Positions 61,858 to 64,000 of a stretch of 64,000 nt of DNA are shown piece after piece (position 1 is the stretch's first letter; each line of letters opens with the position of its first letter). The stretch covers positions 4,457 through 68,456 of the forward strand of contig JAKIVR010000003.1 in the NCBI GenBank assembly GCA_022750455.1. The letters run 5' to 3'. This DNA is from Thermoplasmata archaeon (lineage in GTDB: Archaea; Thermoplasmatota; Thermoplasmata; Lutacidiplasmatales; UBA184). The notes under the pieces are model-generated. The model saw only the letters and a program-made list of their open reading frames with translations. It did not search any database and was not told the origin of the DNA. A program made the translations under genes and the position numbers.

Positions 61858-61926
61858 GGGGCGCGAAGGGGCCGCGACGGGCGTCGCGGGGACGTCGACG
61901 TCCGACGTCGCGCCGAGCGGGACGGG

Positions 61927-61935
61927 CTATGTAAT
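61927..61935 (+). promoter_or_regulatory. TATA-like element (CTATGTAAT) for pelA
   Basis: ~32 nt upstream of ATG 61967. Confidence 0.4.
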
Positions 61936-61966
61936 CGTCCTCCCGTATCCCCGGCGTCCGGCATCC

Positions 61967-63037
61967 ATGCGGCTCCTCCATCACGACCGAACGACGGGAG
62001 AGTACCGGCTCCGGATCGAGACGCCGAGCGATCTCTGGCGCCTCGCCCGATTCATCCGGGTCGGGGAGTCGGTCGGTTCTTACACCACCCGTCGGGACCC
62101 GGAGGCGCCGCAAGACACCCCCTCGGCCCAGAAGGAGCGACGTAGTGTCTGGCTCGGAGTGCGAGCCGAGCAGGTGGAGTTCCACGGATTCTCCCATCAC
62201 GTCCGGATCACCGGACCGATTGTCGCCGGGCCGTTCGACCTGGGTCGCCACCACACGCTCGACGTGGCGGAGGGGGATGAGGTCACGATCCTCAAACCAT
62301 CCCCGACGGCCGCGGAACGCTCGCTGCTCGAGGAAGGAACGAAGGGGCACGACGACCCGGTGCTGATCATCGCGGCCGTCGACTGGGGGGACTCGGCGAT
62401 CGTCCGACTCCGCGGTCGCTCCGTGGAGCCCGTCGCCGAGCTCCGCCGCGCGCTCGGGGGAAAGCAGTACGCGGGCACGACGTCGACCCGGGACCGCGGG
62501 AAGTACGTCGAGGAGCTGATCGAGCTGCTCCAACGGACCGCCGAGAACGCTCAGGCGATCGTCATCGCCGGGCCGGGATTCCTCAAGGAGGAGCTCGCTA
62601 AGCAGCTCCTCGAGAAGGATCCGAAGCTCAAGCCGAAGGTGAAGCTCCTCCCCACGGCCGAGTCGGGAGGTTCCGGGGTCCACGAGCTCCTGCGATCGGG
62701 CCGGGCGAGCGAGGTGCTCCGCGGCAGCGTGGCCGCCGAGGAATCGAACCTCCTGGAACGGTGGGTGACGGGGATGGCCGGGACCCGCCTCTCCGCGATC
62801 GGGCTCGAGGAGGTCTCGGGGGCGTTGGCCGCGGGCGCCGTGGAAACGCTCCTCATCCTTGACACGCGGTTGACGGATGCCGCGTTGAAGGAACTGCTCC
62901 AGATGGCCGATCAGCAGAAGACCCGCTTGTTCATCGTACGCGACGACGGGGCGACCGGGGATCGGCTTCGCGCCCTCGGTGGCGTGGGCGCTCTGCTTCG
63001 ATATCCGTGGAGCCGAGTGGACCGGGCCGCCGCGTGA
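61967..63037 (+). CDS. pelA: mRNA surveillance protein Pelota (aPelota/Dom34)
   Basis: N-terminus RLRIETPSDLWRLARFIRVGESVGSYTTRR matches the Pelota DDLWHLYNLI..GD.V...T.R start. eRF1-like central and C-terminal domains. 356 aa. Confidence 0.88.
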   Translation: MRLLHHDRTTGEYRLRIETPSDLWRLARFIRVGESVGSYTTRRDPEAPQDTPSAQKERRSVWLGVRAEQVEFHGFSHHVRITGPIVAGPFDLGRHHTLDVAEGDEVTILKPSPTAAERSLLEEGTKGHDDPVLIIAAVDWGDSAIVRLRGRSVEPVAELRRALGGKQYAGTTSTRDRGKYVEELIELLQRTAENAQAIVIAGPGFLKEELAKQLLEKDPKLKPKVKLLPTAESGGSGVHELLRSGRASEVLRGSVAAEESNLLERWVTGMAGTRLSAIGLEEVSGALAAGAVETLLILDTRLTDAALKELLQMADQQKTRLFIVRDDGATGDRLRALGGVGALLRYPWSRVDRAAA

Positions 63038-63047
63038 GCGCCGCCGT

Positions 63048-63905
63048 TCAGGCGATCGCCTGGACCTGCTCGCGCAGCTCTTCGTAGCGGCGCTTCAAGT
63101 CCTTGACGGCGTAGCGGAACGTCTCCCGCGCGGTCAGGCTGCCGTCGGTGTCGAACCGCAGGAAGAAGTCATCGTCCGCGAGCTTGACCTGGAGCGAGCC
63201 GTGTTCGCACAGCTTCTGCGAGGCGATCAGGCGGACCGCGTTCTCGGGGTCGCTCTCGCCCGTGTACTCGAGCTTCCCGCCCTTGAACGTGAGGAGTCCG
63301 GACGGGGAGGCGTCCGCCATGCGCTTCAAGCAGGTGTCGGAGCAACCGGCCTTCTTCTGGATCTTGATCTCGGCGCGCGGGGACATCCCTGCCGCATGGG
63401 CGACTTGCCACTTGGCGTGCTCTCGGCCGCTGCCGACGATGGCCGTGGCGTAGGCGAGGAGCGCCTGACGGGCGCCCAGGCGCACGATCGGCACGTCGGG
63501 CTCGAGGATCGCCAGCGTCGCGTCGCCGAGAGGGATCACGTCGCGCGCGTAAACGGTGCACGGGCCCTTCTTGTCGACGGAGAACATCACTTGGCAGTGG
63601 GGGCAGCCTTCGCCCTTGCACGTGCACTCCGACTTGCGGCGGAACTGCCCGAGGTCGGTGGGGATCGGGAGCAGGCCCATGCGCATGGCGACGGCCTCGT
63701 CGAACATGCTCGTGGACGAGTCGTAGTCCTTGCCCGTCGCCTCGTCCCGGATCGGTCCCAGGTGGAACTCAACGTCCTCGATCGCGAGCTTGGGCACGTC
63801 GGAGAGGAGCGTGCGTCGAATCGCATTCACCTCGGAGGGAAGGAGGCCCGTGAGTTCGGCCCTCAGGCGCCGGGGCTTCAGTTCGGTGAGCTTGATCTCG
63901 ACCAC
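63048..63905 (-). CDS. rpoD: DNA-directed RNA polymerase subunit D (Rpb3 homolog)
   Basis: MVEIKLTELKPRRLRAELTGLLPSEVNAIRRTLLSDVPKLAIEDVEF...DEAVAMRMGLLPI matches the RpoD N-terminus. Cys-rich insert CTCKGEGCPHCQ and CSDTC (Fe-S/Zn D-subunit domain). GTG start 3 nt after the rps11 stop. Confidence 0.9.
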   Translation of the reverse strand: MVEIKLTELKPRRLRAELTGLLPSEVNAIRRTLLSDVPKLAIEDVEFHLGPIRDEATGKDYDSSTSMFDEAVAMRMGLLPIPTDLGQFRRKSECTCKGEGCPHCQVMFSVDKKGPCTVYARDVIPLGDATLAILEPDVPIVRLGARQALLAYATAIVGSGREHAKWQVAHAAGMSPRAEIKIQKKAGCSDTCLKRMADASPSGLLTFKGGKLEYTGESDPENAVRLIASQKLCEHGSLQVKLADDDFFLRFDTDGSLTARETFRYAVKDLKRRYEELREQVQAIA

Positions 63906-63908
63906 GGC

Positions 63909-64000
63909 TCAGACCCGCCGGCCGCGGCGGCCTCCCTTCGGCTTCGTCCCGTCGTGGGGCAGCGGGGTCACATCTTCGATGCGCTGGATCTTGATGCCGG
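63909..64000 (-). CDS. rps11: 30S ribosomal protein S11 (uS11), 3'-terminal fragment at window edge
   Basis: Minus-strand translation of the window end gives ...GIKIQRIEDVTPLPHDGTKPKGGRRGRRV*, the conserved uS11 C-terminus ([20 protein letters not shown]). Canonical rps11-rpoD order. Confidence 0.7.
   Translation of the reverse strand, partial: GIKIQRIEDVTPLPHDGTKPKGGRRGRRV

Noticed and set aside
1-64000. Scan for CRISPR arrays, rRNA/tRNA genes, and transposase/integrase or other mobile-element hallmarks.
   Set aside because: No regularly spaced direct repeats were seen. No rRNA-like or cloverleaf tRNA sequences. No DDE/tyrosine-recombinase motifs in any credible ORF.

Overview
High-GC (by eye well above 60% G+C), gene-dense archaeal chromosomal segment. 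Archaeal markers recognised: Orc1/Cdc6, Pelota, RpoD followed by the 3' end of rps11, diphthine synthase, TrmY, a Hef-type helicase, a CetZ-like tubulin-family GTPase, and TATA boxes sitting ~25-30 nt upstream of start codons (leaderless transcripts). Adjacent genes very often overlap as ATGA or TGATG.

Content by region:
- 1.3-20.6 kb: a cluster of very large bitopic surface proteins, all dense in N-glycosylation sequons (PKD, BNR/Asp-box, PEGA-like and tandem Cys-repeat domains). The cluster is interrupted by a 4-gene operon whose core is a polytopic-membrane-anchored tandem AAA+ (Cdc48/VAT-like) ATPase. orc1/cdc6 follows, with ORB-like inverted 9-mers in its promoter region.
- 20.8-31 kb: aldehyde dehydrogenase; a divergent PheRS-alpha-like class II aaRS; a Hef helicase lacking the nuclease domain; kdpF-kdpA-kdpB plus a truncated kdpC-like gene and a tandem-USP (KdpQ-like) gene.
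- 31-38 kb: diphthine synthase; a tightly overlapping minus-strand gene chain (ubiX, small glycoprotein, membrane coiled-coil protein, guaAA, 513-aa Cys-rich unknown, atypical receiver domain); thiolase plus an HMGCS-like-remnant::DUF35 fusion.
- 38-50 kb: M61/PDZ peptidase; marR-MFS pair; a K/R/P-rich basic protein; a radical-SAM enzyme (Tes-like); a CPA2 antiporter; a SWIM zinc-finger protein; a padR-ABC exporter operon with a clear operator palindrome.
- 50-64 kb: HAD hydrolase; two unknowns; trmY; a double-RHH gene plus CetZ/tubulin-like GTPase operon with a repeat-rich AT-rich leader; a YVTN-propeller surface protein; two paralogous type-II membrane glycoproteins; pelota; rpoD; rps11 (partial).

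No rRNA, tRNA, CRISPR array, transposase or integrase was recognised. Many long antisense ORFs in the six-frame track are GC-driven artefacts. The most unusual element is the membrane-integrated double-AAA+ ATPase operon at 1295-9508.
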